DNA of 64,000 nt from Myxococcales bacterium (GTDB lineage Bacteria > Myxococcota_A > UBA9160 > UBA4427): positions 4,040 to 68,039 of the forward strand of contig JADFNE010000020.1 of NCBI GenBank assembly GCA_022563535.1, in the 5' to 3' direction. A program made the position numbers and the translations under genes. The notes under the pieces were generated by a model. That model worked only from the letters and a program-made list of their open reading frames with translations, was not told the origin of the DNA and ran no database searches. Below, piece after piece: positions 51,346 to 60,980 of this stretch (positions within the stretch are counted from its first letter, which is position 1; each line of letters begins with the position of its first letter).

Positions 51346-52694
51346 ACTGGCAAGGCTTGTTCGGGGATCATCTGCGCGCGGTCGACCGCACGACTGTTTC
51401 GGCGCTTGTTGCCTCCGCCCAACAGGGGGCGAGCTTCGACACCATCGTCTTTCACGCTGGGCGTCTGGCGACCTACCACGGCGATGATCTCGAGGTCCCG
51501 TTCCGCACGCATCCCCACTTCCTGCGCTTTGCGCCAGTTCCAGGGCCGGATCATCTCCTGGTCTACCGACCGGGTCGGCCCGTGCGGCTGCTGCGCGCGG
51601 CGGGTCATGATTTCTGGCACGCCCCGCTACCCGAGCTCGACGATTGGGTGCAGCAATCCCTCGAGATCGACGAGGTCGAAGACCCGGTCGCCGCCTTCAT
51701 ACGGCTAGAGGATCTGGGGACCTGTGCATTCGTCGGTGATGACGCGGAAACCGCGAGCGCGCTGGGCATTGCGCAAGATTGCTTCGAGCCGGTCTCTCTG
51801 TTGACTGCCCTCGATTGGCAGCGCGGGACCAAGACTCCCTATGAGGTTGCTTGCCTGCGCGAAGCGCAGCGCATCGCCAGCCTCGGGCATGCCGTCGTTC
51901 GCAAGGGAGTTGTTGAGTCGCACTCCGAACATCGGCTTCACCTCAGCTACCTCGAGGCGACTCGGCAACTCGATCCGGAACTTCCCTATCCCAACATCAT
52001 CGCGTGGGATGAGGCTTCAGCCGTACTCCACTACCAACACCGTCGCACCCATGCCCCCGCTCCGGGCCAGTCGTTTCTCATCGATGCCGGCGCACGTTGC
52101 AATGGCTACGCGAGCGATATCACCCGAACCTATTGCGCGGGCAGTCAGGGGGCGGGGAGCAGTGAGTTCCGCGCGCTGCTCGACGGGATGGAAAGCCTCC
52201 AGCAGGGCCTGGTAGACGAAGTGCGTCCCGGTCTGAGTTTCGTTGCGCTGCATCGCATGGCCGAAGAGCGAGTGGCGCAGCTGCTCTGTGATGTCGGCGT
52301 CATCCGGATCGAGCAGGCCGAAGCGCGCGAGCGAGGCCTGGTCTTTCCCTTCTTCCCACACGGCCTCGGCCACCATCTAGGGCTTCAGGTGCACGACGTG
52401 GGTGGGAAGCAAACGGATCCCAGCGGGTCTATCCGCGAGCCCCCGGACGACTGCCCCCATCTGCGCACAACCCGCGATCTCGAAACGGGACAAGTCATCA
52501 CCATCGAGCCCGGTCTCTATTTCATCCCGTCCTTGCTCGAGCCCATGCGCGCCGGCCCGGACAGCGAGCTGCTGGATTGGAAGCTTCTCGATCTCATGAC
52601 CTGCTGGGGAGGAATCCGCATCGAAGACGATATCCTCGTGACAAAGGATGGTGCTGAAAACCTGACGCGCCCGTTCGTGCCGGGACACCTGTAG
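51342..52694 (+). CDS. pepQ: Xaa-Pro dipeptidase (M24B, PepQ-like)
   Basis: GTGA overlap with mpl. FLIDAGARCNGYASDITRT, HGLGHHLGLQVHDVGG, ITIEPGLYF, GGIRIEDDILV. Confidence 0.85.
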   Translation: MNWQGLFGDHLRAVDRTTVSALVASAQQGASFDTIVFHAGRLATYHGDDLEVPFRTHPHFLRFAPVPGPDHLLVYRPGRPVRLLRAAGHDFWHAPLPELDDWVQQSLEIDEVEDPVAAFIRLEDLGTCAFVGDDAETASALGIAQDCFEPVSLLTALDWQRGTKTPYEVACLREAQRIASLGHAVVRKGVVESHSEHRLHLSYLEATRQLDPELPYPNIIAWDEASAVLHYQHRRTHAPAPGQSFLIDAGARCNGYASDITRTYCAGSQGAGSSEFRALLDGMESLQQGLVDEVRPGLSFVALHRMAEERVAQLLCDVGVIRIEQAEARERGLVFPFFPHGLGHHLGLQVHDVGGKQTDPSGSIREPPDDCPHLRTTRDLETGQVITIEPGLYFIPSLLEPMRAGPDSELLDWKLLDLMTCWGGIRIEDDILVTKDGAENLTRPFVPGHL

Positions 52695-52705
52695 GGCGCG
52701 CGGGT

Positions 52706-53182
52706 ATGAAACTCTCCGCCGACCTCGAAATGGCCAAGGCGTACTTCGAGAGTTGTTATTCCATCGACTCGGGTCAGCGACTCAGGGTCGGGAAAGGCGG
52801 AGCCGTTCCCGTGCCCCGGTTTGTTTTGATCAGAACACGACTGGGGTGTCTTTGGCGCTTTCGCGCTGACATGAGTTCGGTGTCGATCCGCGAATTGGCG
52901 AAACTGGCGGGACGCGAGGGCGGGGCGATGGCTCCGTTCGAGACGGCAGCACCGCCCGAGCGGATCGAACCGATGGTGCGAGTGCTGGGTCGGGCGGGTA
53001 TCGAAGTTGTGGGGATGCGGGAATTGGTGGTGTGCCGGGTTGGCTGGTCGCCGGGCGACAGCTTGGCACGCGCAGAGATGAGATCGATTATGTGGAAACA
53101 GAGACAGACGTTGGGGGAAATTGATTCGAAGGAGTGGGTTTGTTTTGGGGACCTCGTGAAGTTTGTTGATGTCTCTTCGTGA
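52706..53182 (+). CDS. Hypothetical protein
   Basis: 158-aa ORF filling the pepQ/iscS-like gap on the same strand. No recognisable motif. The 3' third is visibly G/T-rich and less GC-rich, so coding status is uncertain. Confidence 0.35.
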   Translation: MKLSADLEMAKAYFESCYSIDSGQRLRVGKGGAVPVPRFVLIRTRLGCLWRFRADMSSVSIRELAKLAGREGGAMAPFETAAPPERIEPMVRVLGRAGIEVVGMRELVVCRVGWSPGDSLARAEMRSIMWKQRQTLGEIDSKEWVCFGDLVKFVDVSS

Positions 53183-53222
53183 GGGGTGCTACCCTGAACC
53201 CTCTCCCTAGCACGAGTGACAG

Positions 53223-54377
53223 ATGAGTAGCCGTCCTATCTATTTGGATCATCAGGCCACCACGCCACTCGACCCTCGCGTGCTGGAAGCCATGCTCCCC
53301 TATTTCCGCGAAGACTACGGGAATGCATCGAGCAGCACCCACGCTTTTGGTTGGCGTGCCGATGCTGCGGTTGAAGATGCGCGCGAGCGCATCGCCGCGC
53401 AGCTCGGAGCGTCTCCAAAGGAGATCATCTTTACCAGCGGTGCGACCGAGAGCAACAACCTCGCGATCCAGGGTGTGTTGGGTGCGCTGTCGACCGTCCC
53501 ACACACGATTGTGACACTCGAAACCGAGCACCCATCAGTGCTCGAAGCTTGTCGATTCCAGGCCGCCCAGGGCCACCGCGAAGTGCGACTTCCGGTGGAT
53601 TCGGACGGTCTCGTCACCCCCGAAGCGGTCGAAGTCGCGCTCGAAGATCGAACGGCGCTCGTGAGTGTGGCCGCGGCCAACAGCGAAATTGGTGTTCTGC
53701 AACCGATCGCCGATATCGCGCGCTGTTGTCACGAACGCGGGGTGTTATTCCACTGCGACGCGGCTCAGGCGATTGGCAAGGTTCCGCTCAGATTCGATGA
53801 CAGCGAAATCGACTTGCTGTCGTTTTCTGCACATAAAATTTACGGGCCCAAGGGGATTGGGGTTCTCTGCGTTCGAGAACGGCGCCCGGGCATCCGGCTT
53901 CGGCCGCTGTATGTTGGCGGGGGACAGGAGCGGGGCATTCGGCCCGGGACCCTGGCCGTGCCCTTGATCGTGGGGCTGGCTCGGGCTCTGGATCTCTGCC
54001 TGGAAGAACAAGCCCAGGAGGGAAAGCGCCTGGTTGAGCTGCGCGAGCTATTACGCGAGCGCATCGAAGCCGCAATTCCATCGGTGATTCTGAACGGGCA
54101 TCCTACGCGCAGGTTGCCGGGCAATCTGAACCTCTCCTTTGCGGGGGTCAACGGCGAGCGCCTGCTGCTGGCGCTCAGCGATCTCGCACTTTCGAACGGT
54201 TCTGCCTGTAGTTCGGCGACTGGCGAGCCCAGTCACGTGCTGCTGGCGCTCGGCAGAGATGCGGACCTGGCCCGGGCGACGCTCCGTTTCGGTCTCGGGC
54301 GCGGGACCCGCCTGGAAGATGTCGAACAGGCCGCGGAGAGTGTCATTCGGGCGGTAAAACAAGAGATTTCCCGCTAG
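53223..54377 (+). CDS. iscS: Cysteine desulfurase (class I, IscS/NifS-like)
   Basis: IYLDHQATTPLDPRVLEAMLPYF, FTSGATESNN, PLP-lysine context SAHKIYGPKG, active-site loop SNGSACSS. Confidence 0.85.
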   Translation: MSSRPIYLDHQATTPLDPRVLEAMLPYFREDYGNASSSTHAFGWRADAAVEDARERIAAQLGASPKEIIFTSGATESNNLAIQGVLGALSTVPHTIVTLETEHPSVLEACRFQAAQGHREVRLPVDSDGLVTPEAVEVALEDRTALVSVAAANSEIGVLQPIADIARCCHERGVLFHCDAAQAIGKVPLRFDDSEIDLLSFSAHKIYGPKGIGVLCVRERRPGIRLRPLYVGGGQERGIRPGTLAVPLIVGLARALDLCLEEQAQEGKRLVELRELLRERIEAAIPSVILNGHPTRRLPGNLNLSFAGVNGERLLLALSDLALSNGSACSSATGEPSHVLLALGRDADLARATLRFGLGRGTRLEDVEQAAESVIRAVKQEISR

Positions 54378-54534
54378 ACTCGGCGCCCTTACGAACTCGC
54401 CCCACCCTCCAATCCCGAGCCAGCTAGGCGAGGGGTGCCGCCCGACGACACGCTGCGCACGAACCTGTTGCGTCGCAAAGCGCACTGAACGCGGAAATGG
54501 ACGAGTGGCGTCATCTGATGAAAGGAACTGAGCG

Positions 54535-55143
54535 TTGAGCGTCAAATCGAAGAATCTCACGTGGCACGATGGACAGGTCAGTCGGACCTCTCGCGAGGAA
54601 ATGCTGGGTCAAAAGGGTGTGACGATCTGGTTCACGGGCCTTTCGGGCTCGGGGAAGTCCACGATCGCAGTTGCGGCCGAGGCAGCGTTGCGGAAGCAGG
54701 GGCGCCTCACCTACATCCTGGACGGCGATAACGTTCGCCAGGGTCTGAACAGCAATCTCGGATTCTCGCCCGAAGATCGCACCGAGAATATTCGCCGAAT
54801 TGGCGAGGTTTCCAAGCTCTTTACCGACGCCGGGGTAATCGTGCTGACCGCGTTCATTTCGCCCTACCGCGAAGACCGGGACCAGGTGCGAGAGATCATG
54901 GCCGAAGGCGATTTTCTCGAGGTTCATGTTTCCACGGATGTCGAAACCTGCGAGAAGCGTGACGTGAAGGGGCTCTACAAGAAGGCCCGATCCGGTGAGA
55001 TCCCGAATTTCACTGGAATCTCGGCTCCCTATGAAGCGCCAGAGAAGCCCGAACTCGTCATGAAAACCGGGGCGCAATCGGTCGACGAAAGCGTCGCCCA
55101 GCTGCTGGGTTTCTTGCAGGATCAGGGCTATCTATCGGCATAG
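54535..55143 (+). CDS. cysC: Adenylylsulfate (APS) kinase
   Basis: VTIWFTGLSGSGKSTIA, LDGDNVRQGLN.DLGFS.EDR.ENIRR, FISPYREDR. Confidence 0.9.
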   Translation: MSVKSKNLTWHDGQVSRTSREEMLGQKGVTIWFTGLSGSGKSTIAVAAEAALRKQGRLTYILDGDNVRQGLNSNLGFSPEDRTENIRRIGEVSKLFTDAGVIVLTAFISPYREDRDQVREIMAEGDFLEVHVSTDVETCEKRDVKGLYKKARSGEIPNFTGISAPYEAPEKPELVMKTGAQSVDESVAQLLGFLQDQGYLSA

Positions 55144-55258
55144 TCGCCAGTGGGGTCGTTGACCTGACTGACTAGCGCTGTCGATTGGTGCAGTTGGCGG
55201 GCATAGTTGCACTTCGCATGGCGTTGTCATACAGGTGCAAAATTGTACTTCGCTTCAA

Positions 55259-55282
55259 TGCAGGTGATTGTGCAGGTGATTG
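55259..55282. repeat. Tandem TGCAGGTGATTG x2 within a repeat-rich, less GC-rich intergenic region
   Basis: Read directly. Neighbouring related motifs are AGTTGCACTTCGC / AATTGTACTTCGC and GGTGCA x2. Confidence 0.75.
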
Positions 55283-55363
55283 TCTAGATGCGGGGGCCGG
55301 AACTGGACGCGCGACTCAGATGAGCGCGCGTGCTGGCCGATATCGGGATGAGGCGGAGCCCGA

Positions 55364-57172
55364 ATGGCAGATCGATCGACAAGCATAGGGTGGGGCGCAT
55401 TGAGATTTTGCAGGTCGGGGTCGCCTGTGAGCCTCGCCGCCGTGCTGGCGCTCAGCATCGTCCTCTCGGGTTGTTCCACGCTCTCGGCGCTGAAATCCGG
55501 ACCGTCCCGGACCAGTACAGCGAACCGACCAGACCTGGACGTCGGCTACGATGTCCTGCTCGCGGAAATGTCTCTGGGAGACGGCAACTATTTCGAGGCC
55601 AAGCGAGCCCTGATTCGGGCCGTGGCCAAGGATCCCAACTCGGCGTATCTCGAAATGCGCCTGAGCCGGATCGACGCCCATATCGAAAACCTGGCAGGTG
55701 CGATCGTCCACGCCGAGCGTGCTGTCGAACTCGATCCCGAGCGCGAAGACGCGCGCATCCTGCTCGGCGGGTTGTATCGGCTGACTCAGGATGTTTCGGG
55801 CGCCGCACGGGTCTTGCTGTCGGAGGATGGAACTCCCGTCAGCGACGCTGCCGCACTCTTGCTCTACCAGGTGTACTTCGAAAACGCACGCTTGAACGAT
55901 GCGCTCCAGATCACGGAGTACCTGGTCGCCAATCGCCCGGAGATGCTCGGTGGCTTCATGGCCTTGGCGACCATCTACGAGCGCCTGGGAAAGCCGGCGC
56001 AGGCCGAGCGCATCCTGCGTGAAGCCCTCGAGCAGCATTCCGATCGCTTCGTGCTCTACAGCCGTCTGGCGCGACTCAAGCGATCGAGTGGCGATCGCCT
56101 GGGTGAAATTGCGGTGTACCGAGAAGGGCTTGCACGCCGCCCAACGCATTATGGCAGCCTCCTCAGTCTCGCCGAAGCGTTGGTGACCGCGAACGATCTC
56201 GACGGTGCGATCGAAACCTACGAAAGCATCGTGACGCACTATCCCAAGGACGTGAAGGCGGTGCGCCGGCTCGCGTCCCTCGAGTTCTCCGCGGGTCGCC
56301 ACGAGCGCTCCGCGCTGTTGCTCGATCAAGCCCTGATCGATTTTCCGGGCCACTTCGAACTTGCCTATTCCCTGGGCCAGGTTCGTCGCAACATGGAGCA
56401 ACCGGAACTCGCCCGAGCGGCCTTCGAGCTGATTCCCCAAGGCAGTGGAAGCTACATCGAAGCGCGGGCCCAGATCATTTCGATTCTCGAGGACGCCAGA
56501 GACTTCGCGGCGGCGCTTGCGGAGGTCAACGCCCTGCGCGAGATGTCACCAGCGCGGACACTTGATTTCCACGCTGCGGGTCTCTACTTGCGAATCGACG
56601 ACTTCGAGACCGGCGAAGCCATTCTCAACGCGATCCTTGCCGAAGATCCCGACGACGAAGAAGCGCTCTACCAACTCGGGCTGTTCCTCGGAATGGCGGC
56701 CGAGACCGATCGCGCGCTCGAAGCGATGCTCAAGGTGCTCGAAATCAACCCCGACAACGCCCACGCGCTCAACTACCTGGGTTATACCTGGGCCGAGCGG
56801 GGCCAGAACCTCGACCGCGCCGAAGAAATGATCGTGAGGGCACTGGCCCAGCGACCGAACGACGGTTTCATTACGGACAGCCTCGGCTGGGTCTACTACA
56901 TGCGTGGTCGCAGCCTGCTCGGTGCCGACAGCCCGGTACTCGGCACCGAGTTCCTGCTGCGTGCAAGAGACCACCTCACCCTGGCCGCCGAACTCACCGG
57001 CGGAGATCCGGTGGTTTCCGAACACCTCGGCGATGTCTATCGCATCCTCAACGAGAAACAGCGGGCCTACGAGTTCTACCGCCAGGCGGTGGAGATGGAT
57101 CACCGAGAAGACGAACAACCCAACCTACTCGAAAAGCTCGATGATCTGCGGCGGGAGCTGGGTGAACTGTGA
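55364..57172 (+). CDS. TPR-repeat lipoprotein
   Basis: Lipobox IVLSGCS. More than 10 TPR-like units across the protein (e.g. AEEMIVRALAQRPNDGFITDSLGWVYY). Confidence 0.8.
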   Translation: MADRSTSIGWGALRFCRSGSPVSLAAVLALSIVLSGCSTLSALKSGPSRTSTANRPDLDVGYDVLLAEMSLGDGNYFEAKRALIRAVAKDPNSAYLEMRLSRIDAHIENLAGAIVHAERAVELDPEREDARILLGGLYRLTQDVSGAARVLLSEDGTPVSDAAALLLYQVYFENARLNDALQITEYLVANRPEMLGGFMALATIYERLGKPAQAERILREALEQHSDRFVLYSRLARLKRSSGDRLGEIAVYREGLARRPTHYGSLLSLAEALVTANDLDGAIETYESIVTHYPKDVKAVRRLASLEFSAGRHERSALLLDQALIDFPGHFELAYSLGQVRRNMEQPELARAAFELIPQGSGSYIEARAQIISILEDARDFAAALAEVNALREMSPARTLDFHAAGLYLRIDDFETGEAILNAILAEDPDDEEALYQLGLFLGMAAETDRALEAMLKVLEINPDNAHALNYLGYTWAERGQNLDRAEEMIVRALAQRPNDGFITDSLGWVYYMRGRSLLGADSPVLGTEFLLRARDHLTLAAELTGGDPVVSEHLGDVYRILNEKQRAYEFYRQAVEMDHREDEQPNLLEKLDDLRRELGEL

Positions 57173-57975
57173 AGCCCCACTTCAGAGTGGGGTGGGCGGG
57201 GTGGCTAGGGTGGATCGCGATGGGGATTTCGATCTTCGCGATGGGGTGCCGGACACCGCTGCCATCCCGAGTACCCCTCGATCCCGCCGATCCCCGACCT
57301 CTTGCATTGATCGCAGGCCTCGAGAAGGCTGCGGCAGAACGCTCGTCATTGACGGGTGCGTTGCGCCTGTCCCTTGACGCGCCGGATCTGAACTTTCGCC
57401 GCCCGCAACGCCTCGCATTGCGACGGCCTTCGGATCTGCGCGTGGAAGTTCTGGGACTCTTTGGCCAGATCGCTGCGATTCTAGTGACCGATGGTGTGAC
57501 CTACCAGAGTTTCGACGCGCGTCGAGGAGACTTCGAGAGTGGGGACGTCACCCCCGATCTGTTGTGGCGCATTGCGCGATTCGACATGCGGCCCCAGGAA
57601 GTGGTGGACCTGTTGCTGGGTGCCCCGCGACCGAGTGCCGATGCGTTCTTTGCCGGCGCCTACGCCGAACCCCGTGGCGGAGTGAGTGTTGCATTTCGCG
57701 ACGCAGAAGGAAGACTCCGCGAGCAGTTCGGCTTTGACGCGCGAGGGCAATTGATCGAATTCGTGCGCTTTGCAGTGAACGGCGACGTGGATTGGAAGGC
57801 CCGCTTCAGCGACTATCGAGATGTTTCCGGTTCGGCATTTGCTTTCGATATCCGACTACACTTTCCAGCCGTAGACGCCCGTGCATCTCTGCGTTTCGAT
57901 CACGCGGCCCTCGACCCCGATCTCGACGACGAGCTCTTTGCCCTGCGTGTACCGGGAGGCGATGAGCCCCAATGA
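57169..57975 (+). CDS. Outer-membrane lipoprotein, LolB/DUF4292-like
   Basis: GTGA overlap with the TPR gene. Lipobox IFAMGC. LRLSLDAPD..FRRPQRLALRRPSDLRVEVLGLFGQIAAILVTDGVTYQSFD resembles the LolB-like beta-barrel family. The assignment is tentative. Confidence 0.55.
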   Translation: MKPHFRVGWAGWLGWIAMGISIFAMGCRTPLPSRVPLDPADPRPLALIAGLEKAAAERSSLTGALRLSLDAPDLNFRRPQRLALRRPSDLRVEVLGLFGQIAAILVTDGVTYQSFDARRGDFESGDVTPDLLWRIARFDMRPQEVVDLLLGAPRPSADAFFAGAYAEPRGGVSVAFRDAEGRLREQFGFDARGQLIEFVRFAVNGDVDWKARFSDYRDVSGSAFAFDIRLHFPAVDARASLRFDHAALDPDLDDELFALRVPGGDEPQ

Positions 57976-60008
57976 TTCACGTTGGGTGGCAGCAGAGTCC
58001 TGTGAGAGCCTTCCTTACTCTGGTCTCGCTGGTCGCGAGCGCGGTCTGGCTGGGCTGTTCGAACAATCCCTATCCGGACGCCGACGATGAGTTGAAGGTC
58101 CTGTACACCGTATACGTAGAAGCGCCGCGGACTCTCGATCCCGCGGTTTCGTACACGGTGGGTGCTCACAAGATCATCGGAGCCATCTGCGAGACCTTGC
58201 TCGAATACCACTATCTGAAGCGCCCCTACGAGTTGATCCCCGGTCTGGCAGTGGCCATTCCAGAACCGGTCTCCCTTGAAGATGGGCGGGTTTCGTACAC
58301 CTTCGAGCTGCGCGAAGGCGTCAGCTTCCAGGACGATCCGTCGTTTGCCTTGAGTGCGGCTGAACGTGGGGGCGAAAAGATGACGCGTCTCGTGGTGGCC
58401 GGTGACTATCTCTTCGAGCTGATGCGGATCGCTGATCCCAGGGTCAACAGTCCAGTCATGCACACGTTCTCGAAGATCGACGGTTTTCGCGCATTCACCG
58501 CGAAACTCATGTCGATGCGAGAGGACCCGGCGTTTGCGGCGCTGCCCGTGCACGAACAGTACCGCCGCGCGGGTCCGATCAAGGGACTGATTGCTCGCGG
58601 TGATTTTTCTTTCGAACTGATTTTGAGCGAGTCGTACCCGCAGATTCTGTATTGGTTCGCCATGCCGTTTTCGACGGCCGTACCCTGGGAGGCGGTCGAG
58701 TACTACGACGGCGAGCAGGGGAGGCCGCGCTTTGCCGATCATCCCGTCGGTTCGGGTCCCTACCGCATGACCCACTACGACAAGCAGTTCCGGATCGTGC
58801 TCGAACGCGATCCCAACTGGTATGGCCTGCAGCATCCGGAATGGAAGGCGCCGGGAACGATCTATCCCGAAAATCCCGTATATGGCGGAGCAGCGGGAGA
58901 GAGCTTGGTGGGCCAGACCCTGGCTTTCATCGATCGCATCGAGTTTCGTCGCGAAAAAGAAACGGTTCCGCGCTTCAACAAATTTCTTCAAGGCTACTAC
59001 GATAAATCGGGAATCAACAAAGAGAGCTTCGACACGGTGATTCAGGGCAACAAGCTCTCTCCCGCGATGGCAGCGAAGGGCATCAAGCTCGATCGCGTGG
59101 TCGATTTGGCGATCTCCTATATCGGCTTCAATCAGGAAGACGCTGTGGTGGGTCGCGCGGCGGGCCAGCAGGGCAAGAAACTCCGGCAGGCCATGAGCCT
59201 GGCCATCGATTCGGAAGAGTACATTGAAATTTTTCTCAATGGCCGCGGTCAGCCCGCGCAGTCGATTCTGCCCCCCGGACTCTACGGCTACGACCCCGAC
59301 TACAAGAACGCATATCGCGAGGTTGATATTCCGAGGGCGCGTTCACTGTTGATCGAAGCCGGCTATCCCTCGGGCATCGATCCCAAAACCCAGCAACCCC
59401 TCAAGTTGCGGTTCGATACCTCCGCGACCTCGGCCGCGGGGTTGATCCCGATTCGCTACCTGGTCGATTCGTGGCGCAAGATCGGTTTGAATGTCGAGGT
59501 TGTGAGCACCACGTACAACAAGTTTCAGGAAAAGATCGACAATAAAGCGCATCAGATTTTTCAGTGGGGATGGGTTGCCGACTATCCCGATCCCGAGAAT
59601 TTCCTGTTTCTGCTCATCTCGGGAATGGCGGACAACAAGGGCCCGAATCATGCGAATTATCGCAATCCAGAATTTGACGCGCTGTTTGACGAGATGACGG
59701 CGCGCTCAGACGATACGGTGCGCGCGGAAATCATCCAGAAGATGCTCGATCTGCTCGAAGAAGAGCGAGTCTGGATCGAGCTGCTCAACTCTGAGAGCTA
59801 TGTGCTCTACCACGAATGGATCTCCCAGTACAAACGGCCTGGCTTCGAATTCTCGACGATCAAGTATCAAAACATCGATCCGAAGCTGCGCGCACAAAGG
59901 CGCAGGGCAAACAACCAGCCGATCATGTGGCCCGCCTATCTACTGGTGCTCATCGTCCTGGCGATTCTGGCACCAGGTGTCGTGAGCATGATTCGGGAGA
60001 GACAATAA
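57972..60008 (+). CDS. ABC transporter substrate-binding lipoprotein, family 5 (Opp/Dpp-type)
   Basis: ATGA overlap with the upstream gene. Lipobox VWLGCS. Family-5 features ISYIGFNQED and WGWVADYPDPENFL. Confidence 0.85.
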   Translation: MIHVGWQQSPVRAFLTLVSLVASAVWLGCSNNPYPDADDELKVLYTVYVEAPRTLDPAVSYTVGAHKIIGAICETLLEYHYLKRPYELIPGLAVAIPEPVSLEDGRVSYTFELREGVSFQDDPSFALSAAERGGEKMTRLVVAGDYLFELMRIADPRVNSPVMHTFSKIDGFRAFTAKLMSMREDPAFAALPVHEQYRRAGPIKGLIARGDFSFELILSESYPQILYWFAMPFSTAVPWEAVEYYDGEQGRPRFADHPVGSGPYRMTHYDKQFRIVLERDPNWYGLQHPEWKAPGTIYPENPVYGGAAGESLVGQTLAFIDRIEFRREKETVPRFNKFLQGYYDKSGINKESFDTVIQGNKLSPAMAAKGIKLDRVVDLAISYIGFNQEDAVVGRAAGQQGKKLRQAMSLAIDSEEYIEIFLNGRGQPAQSILPPGLYGYDPDYKNAYREVDIPRARSLLIEAGYPSGIDPKTQQPLKLRFDTSATSAAGLIPIRYLVDSWRKIGLNVEVVSTTYNKFQEKIDNKAHQIFQWGWVADYPDPENFLFLLISGMADNKGPNHANYRNPEFDALFDEMTARSDDTVRAEIIQKMLDLLEEERVWIELLNSESYVLYHEWISQYKRPGFEFSTIKYQNIDPKLRAQRRRANNQPIMWPAYLLVLIVLAILAPGVVSMIRERQ

Positions 60009-60970
60009 TGCTCGCCTATGTGATTCGTCGTCTGGCCTACGGGGTGTTGGTCGTGTTCGGAGTGCTGTTCTTCCTCTTTGTGCTGTTCTTTTGGGTGGCG
60101 ACCCCCGATGACATTGCCCGGCGAGCCCTGGGTGAAAAGGCGCCCCCCGAGGCGATCGAGCAGTGGAAGGTCAACCACGGCTACGACCGTCCCCTTTGGC
60201 CCTGGGAGTCGTTCGAAGACAACATGTTGTTTTCTCACTACCGCAGCATGCTGACCCTCGACTTTGGCCGCAGTGACGCGGACGATGTGCCCATCATGGA
60301 AAAGATCGTAAAGGGAGCGGGGCCGAGTCTCGCGCTGACGGTTCCGCTGTTCGCGATGGGGCTCGTGGTGAGTGTGATGCTCTCCCTCATTGTCGCCGTG
60401 TTTCGTGAGACGTATGTCGATCGGATGGGCGTCGTTCTCTGCGTGTTCGGCATGAGCGTTTCGATCTTGCTCTACATAGTGGGCGCTCAGTTCTTGATCG
60501 CGAAACTCCTGCGTTGGTTTCCGATCTCGGGATTCGATTCGTCACCAGAAGTGGTTGTACGGTTTCTCGCCCTGCCAATCATGGTCGGCCTGATGTCTTC
60601 GATCGGATCGAATGTTCGCTTCTATCGCACGGTGTTTCTCGAAGAGGTTCACCGTGACTTCGTGCGAACCGCACGAGCCAAAGGGTGTGGCGAGGCGCGC
60701 ATCATGGTGCGCCATGTACTCAGGAACGCCATGATTCCCATTCTCACCCAGATCGTGATCGCGATTCCGTTCTTGTTCACCGGATCACTGGTGCTCGAGT
60801 CGTTCTTCGGCATTCCAGGTCTCGGCGCACTCACGGTAGAAGCCATCCAGGGAAACGACTTCGCGACGTTGCGCACCATGGTCTTTGTCGGATCGGTATT
60901 GTTCGTCGTCGCCCAGGTATTGACCGATCTGAGCTATTCCCTCGTGGATCCCCGCGTGAGACTGGAGTAA
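60008..60970 (+). CDS. ABC transporter permease (OppB/DppB-like)
   Basis: TAATG overlap with the SBP stop. MLAYVIRRLAYGVLVVFGV start; FVRTARAKG; C-terminal DLSYSLVDPRV. Confidence 0.9.
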   Translation: MLAYVIRRLAYGVLVVFGVLFFLFVLFFWVATPDDIARRALGEKAPPEAIEQWKVNHGYDRPLWPWESFEDNMLFSHYRSMLTLDFGRSDADDVPIMEKIVKGAGPSLALTVPLFAMGLVVSVMLSLIVAVFRETYVDRMGVVLCVFGMSVSILLYIVGAQFLIAKLLRWFPISGFDSSPEVVVRFLALPIMVGLMSSIGSNVRFYRTVFLEEVHRDFVRTARAKGCGEARIMVRHVLRNAMIPILTQIVIAIPFLFTGSLVLESFFGIPGLGALTVEAIQGNDFATLRTMVFVGSVLFVVAQVLTDLSYSLVDPRVRLE

Positions 60971-60980
60971 AGGCCGCGAG

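Noticed and set aside
55195-55211. Second sigma-54-like element, TGGCGGGCATAGTTGCA
   Set aside because: GG-to-GC spacing is one nucleotide too long and the -24 element is degenerate (GGCGGG). Much weaker than the 10097 site.
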